Of a stretch of DNA of 64,000 nucleotides, positions 45,237 to 57,126 are shown in pieces. The DNA comes from Eutreptiella sp. 'Long Island Sound 2002' (Eukaryota; Protista; Euglenida): the NCBI GenBank assembly GCA_964036045.1, contig OZ038378.1:2790001-2854000 (forward strand), in the 5' to 3' direction. The notes beneath the pieces were generated by a model. That model was not told the origin of the DNA. It saw nothing but the letters and a program-made list of their open reading frames with translations, and ran no database searches. Position numbers and translations under genes: made by a program. Positions within the stretch are counted from its first letter, which is position 1, and every line of letters begins with the position of its first letter.

Positions 45237-48200
45237 GATAGGGCCGGGTCGGATCCGGCCACGGCACGGGCGAAGGGTCGGGTTTGAGGCGGCTGCATTT
45301 GTGGATGGGTGGTGGATGGTCGAAGTGCCTGACGAGCAACCGTCGCAGACTCGTTCCTCTTGGCGTGTCTGCATCTTGACACTTTCACAGGGCAGGGCAC
45401 GGCTGGCGCATGCTGACGTTCACGGGTCACCGGGATACGTCAGGTGCGCAACATTCACTGGCCGCAGCCCGTGCAACGGGGAGGGGGTACTGTTGTATGG
45501 ATCCTCTTTGGGGCCCCGCATTGCGCGCGCCTCATGACAGGGCCCAACGACCTGAACGCCCAGACCTACTCCGAAAACAGGCTCTTCGCACAGTCCCTTT
45601 ATGCAGTGGCCGGACAGTGTAGATCGTGGGACCCATACCGCCCATTCAAGGAAGTCTTGTCCCATTGCGAGGCTGCCGTCCTGAACTGTCTATTGCTGAC
45701 CTCTGACCCAGCACTATCTCAAGAGCACACTATGACACAAGTTATGTGGATGGACGGGGAGGGGTCTGAATTTCAGGATGTTGTGCTGTAACCAACAAAA
45801 CAAGACCTTATCCCATGGACACACTCAGTATAGCATTATAGTACACACACTCCCCTCAACCGCAACTATTCCCTGTACCACTTTTGGTTCTCCCACTTTT
45901 CAAATGTGTGCTGGGGACCACCCAACCCCCAGACTTGGTGGGAATGAAGGCAGACAGGGCGATGGAGGGACAGGGAACAAGAACGTGGGGGAGCAGGAGC
46001 AAAGAGGGGCAAAGGCGCGGGGGGTGATAGCATGTACCGGGTGCTGTGAAGAGAAGCGGTACATGTGTTGTGGAAGAGTCGACGGAGGTTGCAATGGGGC
46101 ATGCAGAGATGAGGGTTGTGGGGTCAAGGGGATGGTGATTGGAGTATCTGTGACAAGAACTTGTTGAGGATGAAGTCGAGGGCATCGCCCTTAGAGCAGT
46201 AGAGGCGGTGCACTTGGGATACAATTGCCCTGCCCCCCCCCCTCCTCCTTGGTTTTCCATGCAGCAGGTTTATCACCCTGATAGGTGCCTTTTTTGAGCC
46301 CCAAAGGCACGCAAAGCAGTATTCCTGGCCCTCCCTGTTGTTTTGTATTGGGGCAGGACTGCAGGACCACCACTACGGCTACCTTCTACTTGAGGAGGCC
46401 ACAAATCTTCTCACAAATCAGATGTCTGTGGTTTCCACCCCCCGGCATTGAGTGTGTACACCAATGTGGTTTAACAGGACTCTAACCAGTAACCGAGTCA
46501 AGGACCTAGAGACAACACAAACGGTACATCACAGGGTAAACAAGCTGATGTTGCCTCATGCAACCCCGCACCCCCCCCCAAGTGCCCGCCACGACTCCGT
46601 AGCACTGCATTGCCGGGGGCATGGCATGTAGTGGACAGTGAGCATGTGCTGGTGGTGTTCGGGATGGTCCCGCGGCTTGGACCGGGCACCACCGTTGACG
46701 CTCCTGTTGAGCCGTGAAAGTGTGACACATGGGGGGAAGTGGTGATAGGCATGCAATATTCACGCAGCTCACCCACACGCGCGATGGAAGCACTCTGCCA
46801 TGAGCAAGAATGTGTCCTCGTGGAGGTGAAGGGTATTGCCGTATGGATCCTTAATGTTTTGGCCGACGCAACCCGCCACCATGGAGAAACAGAAACGGCG
46901 GACCAAAACAGCGGCTTGGTGGACCTTCTCTCAAGGAAACGGAAGGGAAGGGCAGCGAATGGCGATCGGCCAATAGGCTCCGCCAGCCGCAGACGAGAAC
47001 AACAACTCCAAGGCGACATGCCAACCCCCCCCCCCCCCGAACAGTTCTCCTAGAACGCGCGAGGGTGCCCCCCATCCTTGGGGGAACAATCACCAAAAGA
47101 TGTCGCACAGTCCCCCCCTCATTGGGGGGGGGGGCTATGCGGTAGGACCCTTTCCACCACAACCACATTGTAACTAGAGGAAAATTCAGTTGCCTTCAAC
47201 AAGTCCACATCGCACAGAACCTGCCCCGACAATGGACCCCCAAATGGCTGAAATTCTCAAATTCTTTAGCATCATGGCTCCCCATGGGTTTATATGTTCT
47301 CCCATTGTCACCAAACGATGTTCTTGGAGGTCGGCCAAAAAGCATAATCATAAGCCAAACCATGCGTTCATGAAAACAGCCAAGTCCTCATGAATGGGGC
47401 CCCATAGTGGGGCCCATCTGGGAAACTTGGAGATAGCACCCGAGACCATGTCATTGGTTAGGGGTGCATGTAGAAGAAAAAGTTCTATAGTTCTTTCCTC
47501 TCCTTTGTTCCCAAGACCCCCCCCCCCCCCGCCATTGCATCAAATTCAGGTTGTCATCCTTTCATTCTTCTTCAACGTTAGGCCATAAGTACAATTTGCG
47601 TACAAAGGAAACACATGCCACTCACATCAACCCGGGCACAAGCATAGAATCCAAAAACAAACCAAGTTCTAGCCAAGCAGAGGGTTCATCGCAAAACGGC
47701 AAGCCTATCCCATCACATTCAGATTGTCATTCTTTCATTAGTGATCTATATCATGCATCCTTTGTTTCACAAATGCACAACCGCAATTGATGTCTCTCAC
47801 ACCAAGGCCATGCGATACTGAAATACTGAAAAAGATATACATTTGGGTATGCCTGTGACACTCGGGTATGTGCAAGCTCTGTATCTGTTGTTTCATGCCC
47901 TGCCAAAACAAACAGCAGTCAACCAATGCCTGCCAACAACGTGCCGTGGACAACAATGTTCGAAACAAAAGAGAAAAATCTCCAACTAGACCTCTACAAG
48001 ATTAAACGGTGTGCAACAGCCTTAAACAATGCATCCCTGCAGATCCCTTGTGACATGAACAGTGCCCAACAGCCCAAGAGTGTCCCCCTAAAACAACAAC
48101 AGTGTCCATCTAGGAATGAAGAAGTGTATAACAATGTCCCTCCTACACAAAAAAAAACAGTAACATTCATCCACAACCCTCTAGTAATGGACATTTGTCC

Positions 48201-49399
48201 AACACTGTTCACCGAAAAACGAAAAAATACAATGTTATAAGAAAGACAAGTCCCACGAGCCTGTCAACAGCCTTGGTGACGAGTGTTTGGCCCACGCCTG
48301 CATACAATGAAGCGGGCGGAAACTGTTTGGATAGTCATTTCTAAGCGGCAAAAGGAAGCGTCATTCCTAGCGCGTGCAATCCTTGTTTTTGGCGCTCACC
48401 AACGTGGGACACCACATGGTGTTGGTGGCGGTTTGTAAACACGGGCTCAATGGTGGTTGCGTGTGGAAATGTGGGAATGCTTGTTTCAAAGAAATCTGGG
48501 CGCCCTTTCTCTTGGCTGATCCAGAATCAATACTCCTCGGGAGCCTAGCTTGGAGGTGACCATCAAACCTTCAAGTGCCAGCGCCAGTGCTGTCAATGTT
48601 TGGCGCCAGCAGGACTTGAACCGTCCACCCTCAACCCTTGGAACTGGTTTGCAGGCCCAACCCCCCCTCCCAAAAAAATACGTTACAGACCAAGGACTTC
48701 CACTCGAGCACATCAGTTGCGATTGCCTCAATCTAGTGCATTTCCTTCCAAAATCCGCTCATTTTTGACCTTTTATTGACAACTTTGCGGATAAGCGCTT
48801 AACACTTGCGGTGAAGCCACACTTGGGTTATGCGTCGACGACTAGTTTTAGTATGTGCTTTCCATGTTTTTTGGAAAAGCTACTGAAGCAGGCCTTTCTT
48901 TGTTTCAGCGTGGTCCGTCTTCCTGCTCGTTTATGTTTGTTCATCAAAAAAGTGACAAGCTTATTGGGGAGCTCAAATGGAGCATCCTTCTTTCCCACTC
49001 CCACCATCCCTTCAAACAATACGGTCGCAGGGTGGGGCGTGCCCCCACAGTGTTGACTCAGGGTGTTGTTGCGGTTTTTGATACATGGGCCATACTAAAC
49101 ATGCGAGAGGTGCGTGATTTTGCAAGTAGGGTACAAGTAGGGTACCTGCCACTTTGTTTCCTGGTGGAATTCCCCATGGAAAACACCCGCAACTTTTCGA
49201 GCGAACTGTTTCCCAAGCTGCCGCGCAATGGAGTCCTGGAAGCCGTCCAGAAGTTGGCAGACGAGCTGAACAACACAGTCCCCCCCCGATTCTTCTTTAC
49301 CCTCTCGACTTCGTTTGGGCAAAAAGGGAATATTGTTTAGTATACATAAGAGGGACAGAAAGTTGACTAAGTTGGGGAGGGGCTACTCGACAGACCTCT

Positions 49400-49418
49400 T
49401 TTCTTAGTGTTTATTTTT
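49400..49418 (+). other. Spliced-leader-like relic upstream of the cupin gene
   Basis: TTTCTTAGTGTTTATTTTT vs euglenid SL core TTTCTGAGTGTCTATTTTT = 17/19; ends 16 nt before ATG 49435. Confidence 0.65.
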
Positions 49419-49434
49419 GGGTGCACTACACTCA

Positions 49435-51099
49435 ATGTCCAGTTTCAAGGACGCGGATATCTACCTACTTGAGGCACCACGCTCGCCCTCTCTGCTTTCA
49501 ATCCTGCACACCAACCGGCGATCCCCCGGCCGCTTCGACTGCTTCTGCGTAATCGCCGCCCTTGGCGCAGTCCTCTGTGTATCTGTCCTTCCGACGCCGG
49601 GCCCCATCCACTCCAATGCCGTATTCTTGCAAAGCGGCACCCCGAAACCTGCAGGACCAGTCCGCCTGTCCACTGACCGCGCCAACCGTGTCAGGGCTGT
49701 GCGGCCGCCGCCGCAGGCTCTCGGCTGGCCCCGGATGGTGGGCACCACAGCCACTGTCCCCATGTCACGGCGCAAAGGGGGCGCGCACGCCTCCATCAAC
49801 GCCCGCAAGCTGCCAATTTCGCACAGCCTCTCAGGCCCATTGGAGACAATCCTTTGTGGCGGGCTCTTGGCAGCGGGCGCAGCCCTGGGCCTGATATTCC
49901 GTGCGCTTGCACGAGGCCGCCGCCCGGTGCTGCGTGTGCTGCGTGCGGCAGCCCTTGGCCCTGCCGCAGAACCCCACAGTAAAAACGTGGCGGTGTGTGG
50001 CACCCTCGTGGGCCAGCCCATGTACCAGTCCCAGGACGGTAGCGGCGTTGTGGTGCCGCTGCTGCATCCCGCCACCGCGCAAATCCCCCTTGCCATGGGC
50101 CTGCAGCTGTACACCAGTCCCGCTGCCGGGGCTGCCCCCTCGCTGCGTGCCCTCACCGACGCATGGGAGCTGCACTACATTGTGGAGGGCGAGGCCACGC
50201 TGGTGACCGGCGGCTTGGATCCCCAGCCATGCCCCCATGGTGAGCACAGGCTTCACTTGAAGGCTGGCGACAGTGTCTGCATCCCCCCAGGCATCCGCTG
50301 CCGCTTGGAACCTGCACCCTCTTCACGTGCCCTCTTAGGGGTGGGCGACACACGTGACTGGGAGCTGGCAAGCCTGGTGGCCCACCTGCCAGACTCTGTG
50401 GTGGGTCTGAAGACACAACCTGCTGGGCAGCCCGGCGAGGCCGGCGTCGCGGCTGCGGCGCGCGTCGCAGAGCGTGTGTGGCAGGATGGTGGCGTGGCCG
50501 GGCACCTCACGGACGAGCAGGTCACCCTGCTGCTGTCTGGTGCCTGCCGCCGGCATGGCAAGGAGGCGGGCCGGCCTGCAGCGCCGGCAGGGGGCACCAA
50601 TGCCCCGGCAGGAGCCCCGCCGGCTGTCATCCACCGGGCGCTGGATGACGTGGTCGCCTTTCAAATGCCAAACCAGTCAAACAGGATCGCTCTCGTCTTT
50701 GACCCCATCAGCATCACCAACCTGAACGCGACGTTTGGGGTGGAGGTGTTTGGTCCAGGCCACATCACGCCTCAGCACCAGCATGAGGAGGGGCACGAGC
50801 TGTTCTTCATTTTGTCAGGATCTGGTGTGGCGGAATGCAATGGTCACCGCTTTGAGGTGGGCCGTGGGGATGTTGTGGTTTTCCCTCCGAAGTCGGTTCA
50901 TGGCATCGACAACCTTCCCGACGCAGAGCCCCTGTACTGCTTGGAACTGATGCTGCCCAATGACATGTTCTCGGAGTTCGTGCGGTCAGGACAGCCCGTT
51001 GGCATGCTCAACGCCCAGGATATTTGCACCCTGATCAATTTTGGATGCGGGCAGCTGGAGCAGGGTTCTGCACATCCTCAGGCACAGCATGAGCTCTAA
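49435..51099 (+). CDS. Plastid-targeted bicupin protein, intronless, ~554 aa
   Basis: Two hydrophobic segments (CVIAALGAVLCVSVL; ILCGGLLAAGAALGLIF followed by basic RALARGRR) fit a euglenid Class I presequence. Cupin 1 WELHYIVEGEA..GDSVCIPPG; cupin 2 HQHEEGHELFFILSGSG..GDVVVFPPKSVHGIDN with intact His/Glu ligands. Confidence 0.9.
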   Translation: MSSFKDADIYLLEAPRSPSLLSILHTNRRSPGRFDCFCVIAALGAVLCVSVLPTPGPIHSNAVFLQSGTPKPAGPVRLSTDRANRVRAVRPPPQALGWPRMVGTTATVPMSRRKGGAHASINARKLPISHSLSGPLETILCGGLLAAGAALGLIFRALARGRRPVLRVLRAAALGPAAEPHSKNVAVCGTLVGQPMYQSQDGSGVVVPLLHPATAQIPLAMGLQLYTSPAAGAAPSLRALTDAWELHYIVEGEATLVTGGLDPQPCPHGEHRLHLKAGDSVCIPPGIRCRLEPAPSSRALLGVGDTRDWELASLVAHLPDSVVGLKTQPAGQPGEAGVAAAARVAERVWQDGGVAGHLTDEQVTLLLSGACRRHGKEAGRPAAPAGGTNAPAGAPPAVIHRALDDVVAFQMPNQSNRIALVFDPISITNLNATFGVEVFGPGHITPQHQHEEGHELFFILSGSGVAECNGHRFEVGRGDVVVFPPKSVHGIDNLPDAEPLYCLELMLPNDMFSEFVRSGQPVGMLNAQDICTLINFGCGQLEQGSAHPQAQHEL

Positions 51100-51814
51100 T
51101 CTTGGCATATCCTACTTAGCAGCTAGTGGCCTGGAAGGCAACTTTCTATAGTGTGTCTGTGTCTATATTGTGTTGTGGAACCAGCAATGACTGTTCAGAC
51201 AGCAACCATTGAGATGGCATTCCCTTCCACTTTTTTGCTTTCTGATCCCACAGTTCATTTGTGTGGGACGAGGTGCAAGATACAGCGTCCGGCTTCCTCT
51301 ACCTGCGCCCTGTCTGTCCCCTCTTCATTTGCTGCAGCATCTTGATCTTAGCCGTGCCCTAGGGACATTTGCCGTCCCTTTTTCTGGTCGGTTGGGCCAG
51401 GTTTGGTTCACACGCCATATGAGCTTGGCCAGACTGCAGGCTGAAGAGGAGGTCCTGCTATATGTACAGCTTTTAGTCGACCCCTTCGTGCGATGCCTAG
51501 GCCGCAACAGGACCTCTTGCGACATGCACCGATCACTGGCTCCGCCATACGCAGCCTGAAACATTCTGCAGGGAGGTCCAAACGCCGCGCTTTTGCATTT
51601 GATATTTTATATGCTTTTTCACCAGCACACACCGCCTCCCAGTGCTGCTTGAACCTCTTTATACGCCGCACGATCTGAGACCCGTCCAAACCTGTGGCTT
51701 CTTGAGGGAAGGGGTCTGCGTGCAACAAAAGGTGAGTTTTTCTATGGCTGTGGCGCGTTGGGCATCAGCAATAACCATACAATTCAGAAATGTGACAATG
51801 CACCAAAAGCCTGC

Positions 51815-52166
51815 TGCAGCATGGTCAGAAGCCACCACACGCCAAAATGCATGATCTTTAAGTGTCTTTAGCGCCATTATTTGGGCTGAGTGGTGCATTT
51901 CCCATTCAGTGCAAGTGAAAGTCTCACATGGCCGTCATCTTTGATTGTAGACAACAATATATTGTCATAATATTGCTGTATTTCAGAGCAATACTATCCT
52001 GCATTGATACCTCCAATGCAATTCACCAAATTCATCACCATTACAGCGCTACACTGTGCACGTGATGTCCATACCAGTTCCTCCTCTGTAAATAGTTCCG
52101 TGGATGCGACTGTATGTACAGTCGTACCCACAGGTTGTGTCGTGCCAATTTCAGCAAATGGCCCAC
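51815..52166. repeat. 352-bp direct repeat, copy 1 (pseudo-LTR-like)
   Basis: High-identity match to 52917-53268 (offset 1102). Confidence 0.9.
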
Positions 52167-52263
52167 GCTTCCAGTTTTTTTAATCGCCGCCTGCCCTACA
52201 CAAATGCATAGATCTCTGCCACACATCATGCTACTCACTGGTGCTCAGAACAACACATGTTGA

Positions 52264-52915
52264 ATGCTGATCGTAGCCCAGTATGTCAAAAAAAAAGATA
52301 TGCTGAATTACCTTCGCTTTGACATTTTTTGCAACCATCTGTACATTATAGGAATCTGTGTCGCACGCCAAAGGAGGGGAGTTGCTATTGGTGGTCCTTG
52401 TTCCGCTCGGTGTGCTCAACCATATTGTTTGTACAAGGAAGTATTGTATCGACAAGCAAAAATTGCAGGGAAAAGGCTTCTGAAGTCGTTACTGCAAGGA
52501 GCTTTGCCTTGGGATCTGTATCGATACTTGGACATTTTTGTTGGGTCAGTGTCGTTGCGTCGTGTGCAACGAGCAACGCATGCAGTTTATGGTTCAGAAC
52601 TGCAGCAGGAAGGTCAAGGGCAAGTGTTGCCGGCTTTGGAGGCAGTTCTGTCTTTGGTTGCGGTTACAGGGAGGGTGGGACTGCAGCGCAAGTCTAAGCT
52701 TAACCTGTCGCTGCCACCTTGCAAGCAACTCTCCCCATTTCCGGATCGCCATGCCTTGCAGGCTCACAGGCTCATCAAAAAGTATTGCCGTGCAGTTAGG
52801 TCTGGAGTCACATGACGAGAGTTCAGGGTTGGATGACCTGCAGTACGACCTGGGATTTGCCGTCACTGAATTTCAGAGAAAGCAATACCCCGGTGGTTGG
52901 TGGAAATCCCCACTT
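52264..52915 (+). mobile_element. Penelope-like RT fragment between direct repeats
   Basis: NHLYIIG..ARQRRGVAIGGPCSA (cf. NxFxFxGxxYxQxxGxAMGxPxS), LYRYLDIF (cf. YRYxDDIF) and a downstream F..KQYP thumb-like motif. Confidence 0.65.
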
Positions 52916-52916
52916 G

Positions 52917-53268
52917 TGCAGCATGGTCAGAAGCCACCACACGCCAAAATGCATGATCTTTAAGTGTCTTTAGCGCCATTATTTGGGCTGAGTGGTGCAT
53001 TTGCCACTCGGTACAAGTGAAAGTCTCACATGGCCGTCATCTTTGATTGTAGACAACAATATATTGTCATAATATTGCTGTATTTCAAAGCAATACTATC
53101 CTGCATTGATACCTCCAAGGCAATACACCAAATTCATCACCATTACAGCGCTGCACTGTGCACATGATGTCCATACCAGTTCCTCCTCTGTAAATAGTTC
53201 CGTGGATGCGACTGTATGTACAGTCGTACCCACAGGTTGTGTCGTGCCAATTTCAGCAAATGGCCCAC
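52917..53268. repeat. 352-bp direct repeat, copy 2
   Basis: Match to 51815-52166. Confidence 0.9.
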
Positions 53269-55452
53269 ACTCAGATGCACTGCTGACATGGAGGACGTGT
53301 GTATCCACCATTTACGCTCTAGTGCAAGGGATTATATGTCTTATTCACACCAACCACATTTATTTGTGTGAAAGGCACTGATGTCAGTGTGACCTGCCAG
53401 CATGACAAGACAGAGACTGCAGTAGGAAACCAATTTTTTTTCATCGTGGCATCACCACAGCACCTTCATTGCATTTCAAGATTCCAGGTGCTCTGTGACA
53501 TAAAATGTCTAGATTTCAATGCCACTTTGGATCACCGTGCATTTGGTGCAGTGCAAAGTATTGAAGTTGCGGGCAGCTGCACCATGCAAGTTGCTAGCAA
53601 GTGCCATCTTGCCACCTGCCACGGTCCATCTTCCCTGCTTCATCCCTACACAAAACACGCTGAATTATAGGAACATATGTTGGCCTAGGTGGTTCCTGCT
53701 ATTGCAATGAATTCACGCTGTGTTGGTGCATGTCTTGGTGAAACCAAACCCCTGACAAAGTGTTTTTTTTTTGGCCTTGGTCAACTTTGGTTTGGGACCA
53801 TGATTTCACTTTGGGTGAGAAATCTGCCCCCCAGGCTGTGAAAAAGGCCTCTCTGAGGTGTTCTGCGGAAAGGCTTAGGGGTATGACATGCACTGGTGTC
53901 ATTGGGTGCTGACCTTTACACCAATGGCATGCATGTTTTTTTCTGAGAAATCATAATGTGGAGCATAAGAGTGGCTGGAAAAACAATTTTTTACATGCGC
54001 GAAAACAAAGAAATGAAAGTATGAAGGTTTTGGCGAAAACACCTAAGATTTATGGGTTTATTTGAGGAAAAGAATTGGCCTGCAGCTCCAGCTTTAGTGC
54101 CCGTCTAAAATGACATCAAAGTGTGTATGGAAAACCACATGCCCACCGTTTTGGGCCCCTTGGTGTCCAGCTGTGCATTGAGGTTTCGAGTTTTGAAACG
54201 TTGTCTAATGAAATTATTCCTTCGTGAATTTTCCGCTTTCAGCCTCATTAGGTATATATGCAGCAATGGCATACCCAAAGGGACGCTAGCCTTTGCTCAT
54301 CACAGACGCTTCGAGTGCGCATTTTCTTCGGAGCAAGTAAGGGGCAGCAATAAGGCAATGGGGCCTTATCTGATTTCCATGTAACGGCACAAAGGCAGTT
54401 CTAAGACAACTCTCAGTGCAGATTCTTTTTAATTTGCAATGGAAATTGTCGAGAAATTTAATTTGATTTAATTTAATTTAAATTGGACCGTCTGGCTGCC
54501 AAGGGTGTGTGTGTGTGTGTGCAGAGGGAATGGTGCCTTTACTCACTTGCCTGAGACGTCTTGGCCTTTTATGTGCATGATTGTGTTTGATCACTGCCAA
54601 ATTGTTCTGGGCAATCTTGCCATTGCCTGGTGCAATGACGTGCGAGCACATTAGCTGCGACATGGGCTCCAAACAATACAAATACACAGAAGCAGAGAGA
54701 GCAAACGATGCATGTTACTGGAATTCAGCGCATGCTTGCACATGATGGGTATGCCATTACAGCATCGCCAATCCCAAACCTCGGTCTTTGAGCCACCAAA
54801 AGACATTTGACACTTTAACAGCAAAACGGATGAAATGCAAAAGAGCCTTTTCCACAATGTTCATGAACAATTTCTTTGGCTCACATAGTTAAGCTTTCCC
54901 TCTCGTTTCCTAATTCCAAGCAATAGTCATGGCCGGGTGGCAATGTCTCTCACTCTCTCTCAATGGACATACTGCTACTTGTTTGCACAGCGATTGTCAC
55001 CAAACACTTACTGATACTGCATTCACAGCACAACATCATGTTCTCCTGAGCAATGATTCGTATTCAAACCCTTTCGCTACACAACCCACTTCTTGAAACT
55101 TTTGTTCAAGTGGGTCAGAAGGCTTGTTAGCTGGGGAGGAAATGCTCCCCGCGATATCATGACCCAATATGTCTGCCCATAGTTGTCATGACAGCCGTTC
55201 TTCCAACCCCAACAAGTTCACCTTACTACGTATCCCTCTACGTTCGAATACATACACTACCAACAATCTTTCGAGCCCCCCTAAATATAGATCATCTCAA
55301 ATTGTTGACACATGACAGTTTAGAAGATAAGAGTAAGTGCATCCGCAGTCAAAGATTTCTGTTCCTTCCCTAACTAACTGCCTGCGAAAGCCCCCAACCC
55401 CCAATCCCCCAACCCCGTCCACGTGATCTACCCCCCCCCCCCCTTTGTGTAA

Positions 55453-55758
55453 GCTACGCCCTTGTCCAAGCTACAGCAGGTGTAGGGACCGAATTAATTT
55501 GAGACCTACTTTGATTCAGTAGCCAATGTAGTGCAGCCACATAAGACATGGGTTTGGTGACAAATTTCTGAGTTACACAGAGTCATGGACACATTTGTTA
55601 TGAGTGTTTGCCCGGTTGAACTCACATAGCTCTGATTTTGGGTATGTTTGTGCATTATACTTTGCTTCCTTGCACCACCTCACCATGCAATCTTCTATTT
55701 TTGAATCTATGGCTTTGTTCAAGCTATAGTAGGCGTAGGGACCGTATTAATTTGGGAC
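55453..55758. mobile_element. Family A direct-repeat element, diverged copy
   Basis: Terminal repeats at 55453-55505 and ~55707-55758; interior homologous to 18841-19046; poly-C on the left and a G-rich run on the right. Confidence 0.75.
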
Positions 55759-55854
55759 TTTTGCGCACGAAGGGGGGCCGGGCGGGGTAGAACACTAGGC
55801 CCTCAGCAGGCCATACAACATAGTTGTCCACTTTTGTCCACTGCTAAAGACAAA

Positions 55855-56190
55855 ACTAGTCCACTGCCCACTGCCCACTGCCCACGGGCAGTGAGGCGGT
55901 GCAGGGAAGGAGTTCTACTGCCCTTGCAGGCACGCGGGCAGTGGGTCAGTGCACAGAAGGAGGTTCAATGCCCCCTGCCCACAGGCAGTGGGTCAATGCA
56001 CAGAAGGAGGTCCACTGCCCACTGCCTGCAGGCGCTGCGGAAGTGAGCAGAAGGAGTCCCAATGCCCACGGCCCACAGGTAGTGAGGTCCACTGCCCACT
56101 GCCCCAGGGCGGTGAGGCAGTGTACAGGAGAAATACCACTGCCCACTTCCCCCCAGGGCAGCGCGGCAGTGCACAGAAGGAGTTCCAACA
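55855..56190. repeat. Quasi-palindromic minisatellite (CACTGCCCAC..GGCAGTG..GGAG), ~40 bp unit
   Basis: Tandem degenerate units; related array at 59600-60440. Confidence 0.85.
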
Positions 56191-56785
56191 CACTACACAC
56201 AGCGCGCTTTTAGACATATAGCACTCCCGGCTTGCATTACCCGTATGCAAGACCATGCCGGCCATTGCCATTTGGTAATAGCACCTTCGGCACACCACAC
56301 CACACCACACCACAGCACCCCCATCTGTGGTACACGGTCTCCGTCTTAGTGGTTTTGGCCACCCGGCCTCGGATGACTGCCTCCGTGGGGTACGCTGGTA
56401 CGGCGCTCGGGACCCAATCCTTAGGAGCGGCCTACCACCGCGGTGTGGGCGCCCGTAGGAGGGGCACCAGGACGGCACTGTGGCGGGCTAGCCGCGCACT
56501 GAGGCCGGGGATACCTTTGCGGGTGGGCGCTCTTTCCTTCAGGGCCCGCTCCCCGACGACCCGGTAGTTTGCAGTGTACAGATTTCCCAGATGGTGGTAT
56601 CCCAGAGCCTGCACCGTCTCGTAGATGGTGGGGGGGACTATGGGGGAGCCTCAAGCGCAGTGCGCGCGCAGTGCAACTATTTGGGCGTGTGGCCGTACTA
56701 GAGACCCATACTTTGAGATACTAGGGGCCCCTAGGGGCATCATGGTGACCCCTAGCGGAGGTTTTGCAAGGTGTAGCACGTTTGG

Positions 56786-56866
56786 GTCAAGGCATGGCAA
56801 GGCGTAGCATGGTTGTGTCAAGGCATGGCAAGGCGTAGCATGGTTGTGTCAAGGCATGGCAAGGCG
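56786..56866. repeat. 31-bp tandem repeat x2.6
   Basis: GTCAAGGCATGGCAAGGCGTAGCATGGTTGT at 56786, 56817, 56848. Confidence 0.9.
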
Positions 56867-56958
56867 CAATGCGCGTGTGCACACATTGATCTATCGTGCT
56901 TGCACATATGCTACAGGACTTCATACCCCCCTCCCCCTTTCTTAGACACACTTTCTTC

Positions 56959-57126
56959 ATGGATTTGAGTCTTGGCGATCGGGTGTTCTACACCCGCTCC
57001 AACGGCGTGCGGGTTCCTGCCACGGTGGTTGGGATGGCCGGAGATGGGCTCATCCACTTGGAGTACTACCAAGATGCACTACGGGTGGTAAATCGCCAAT
57101 GCAAGATGGAGTCCATGTGTACTTAG
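56959..57126 (+). CDS. Small 55-aa Tudor/SH3-barrel-like ORF inside the family C element
   Basis: MDLSLGDRVFYTRSNGVRVPATVVG..IHLEY; related decayed peptide at ~24654-24772 (LEQGSGVFY..RVPATVVS). Confidence 0.35.
   Translation: MDLSLGDRVFYTRSNGVRVPATVVGMAGDGLIHLEYYQDALRVVNRQCKMESMCT

Noticed and set aside
42633-45374. 913-aa minus-strand ORF and 712-aa alternative-frame ORF (42686-44824)
   Set aside because: Shadow ORFs of a very GC-rich real gene; Arg/Gly/Pro-rich with no domain.
51141-51168. ACTTTCTATAGTGTGTCTGTGTCTAT, SL-like
   Set aside because: Needs gaps, lies in a 3' UTR position and is not followed by a credible ORF.
56947-56955. ACACTTTCT matching the SL 5' end before the small ORF
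   Set aside because: Only 9 nt, with the diagnostic GAGTGTCTA core absent; expected by chance.
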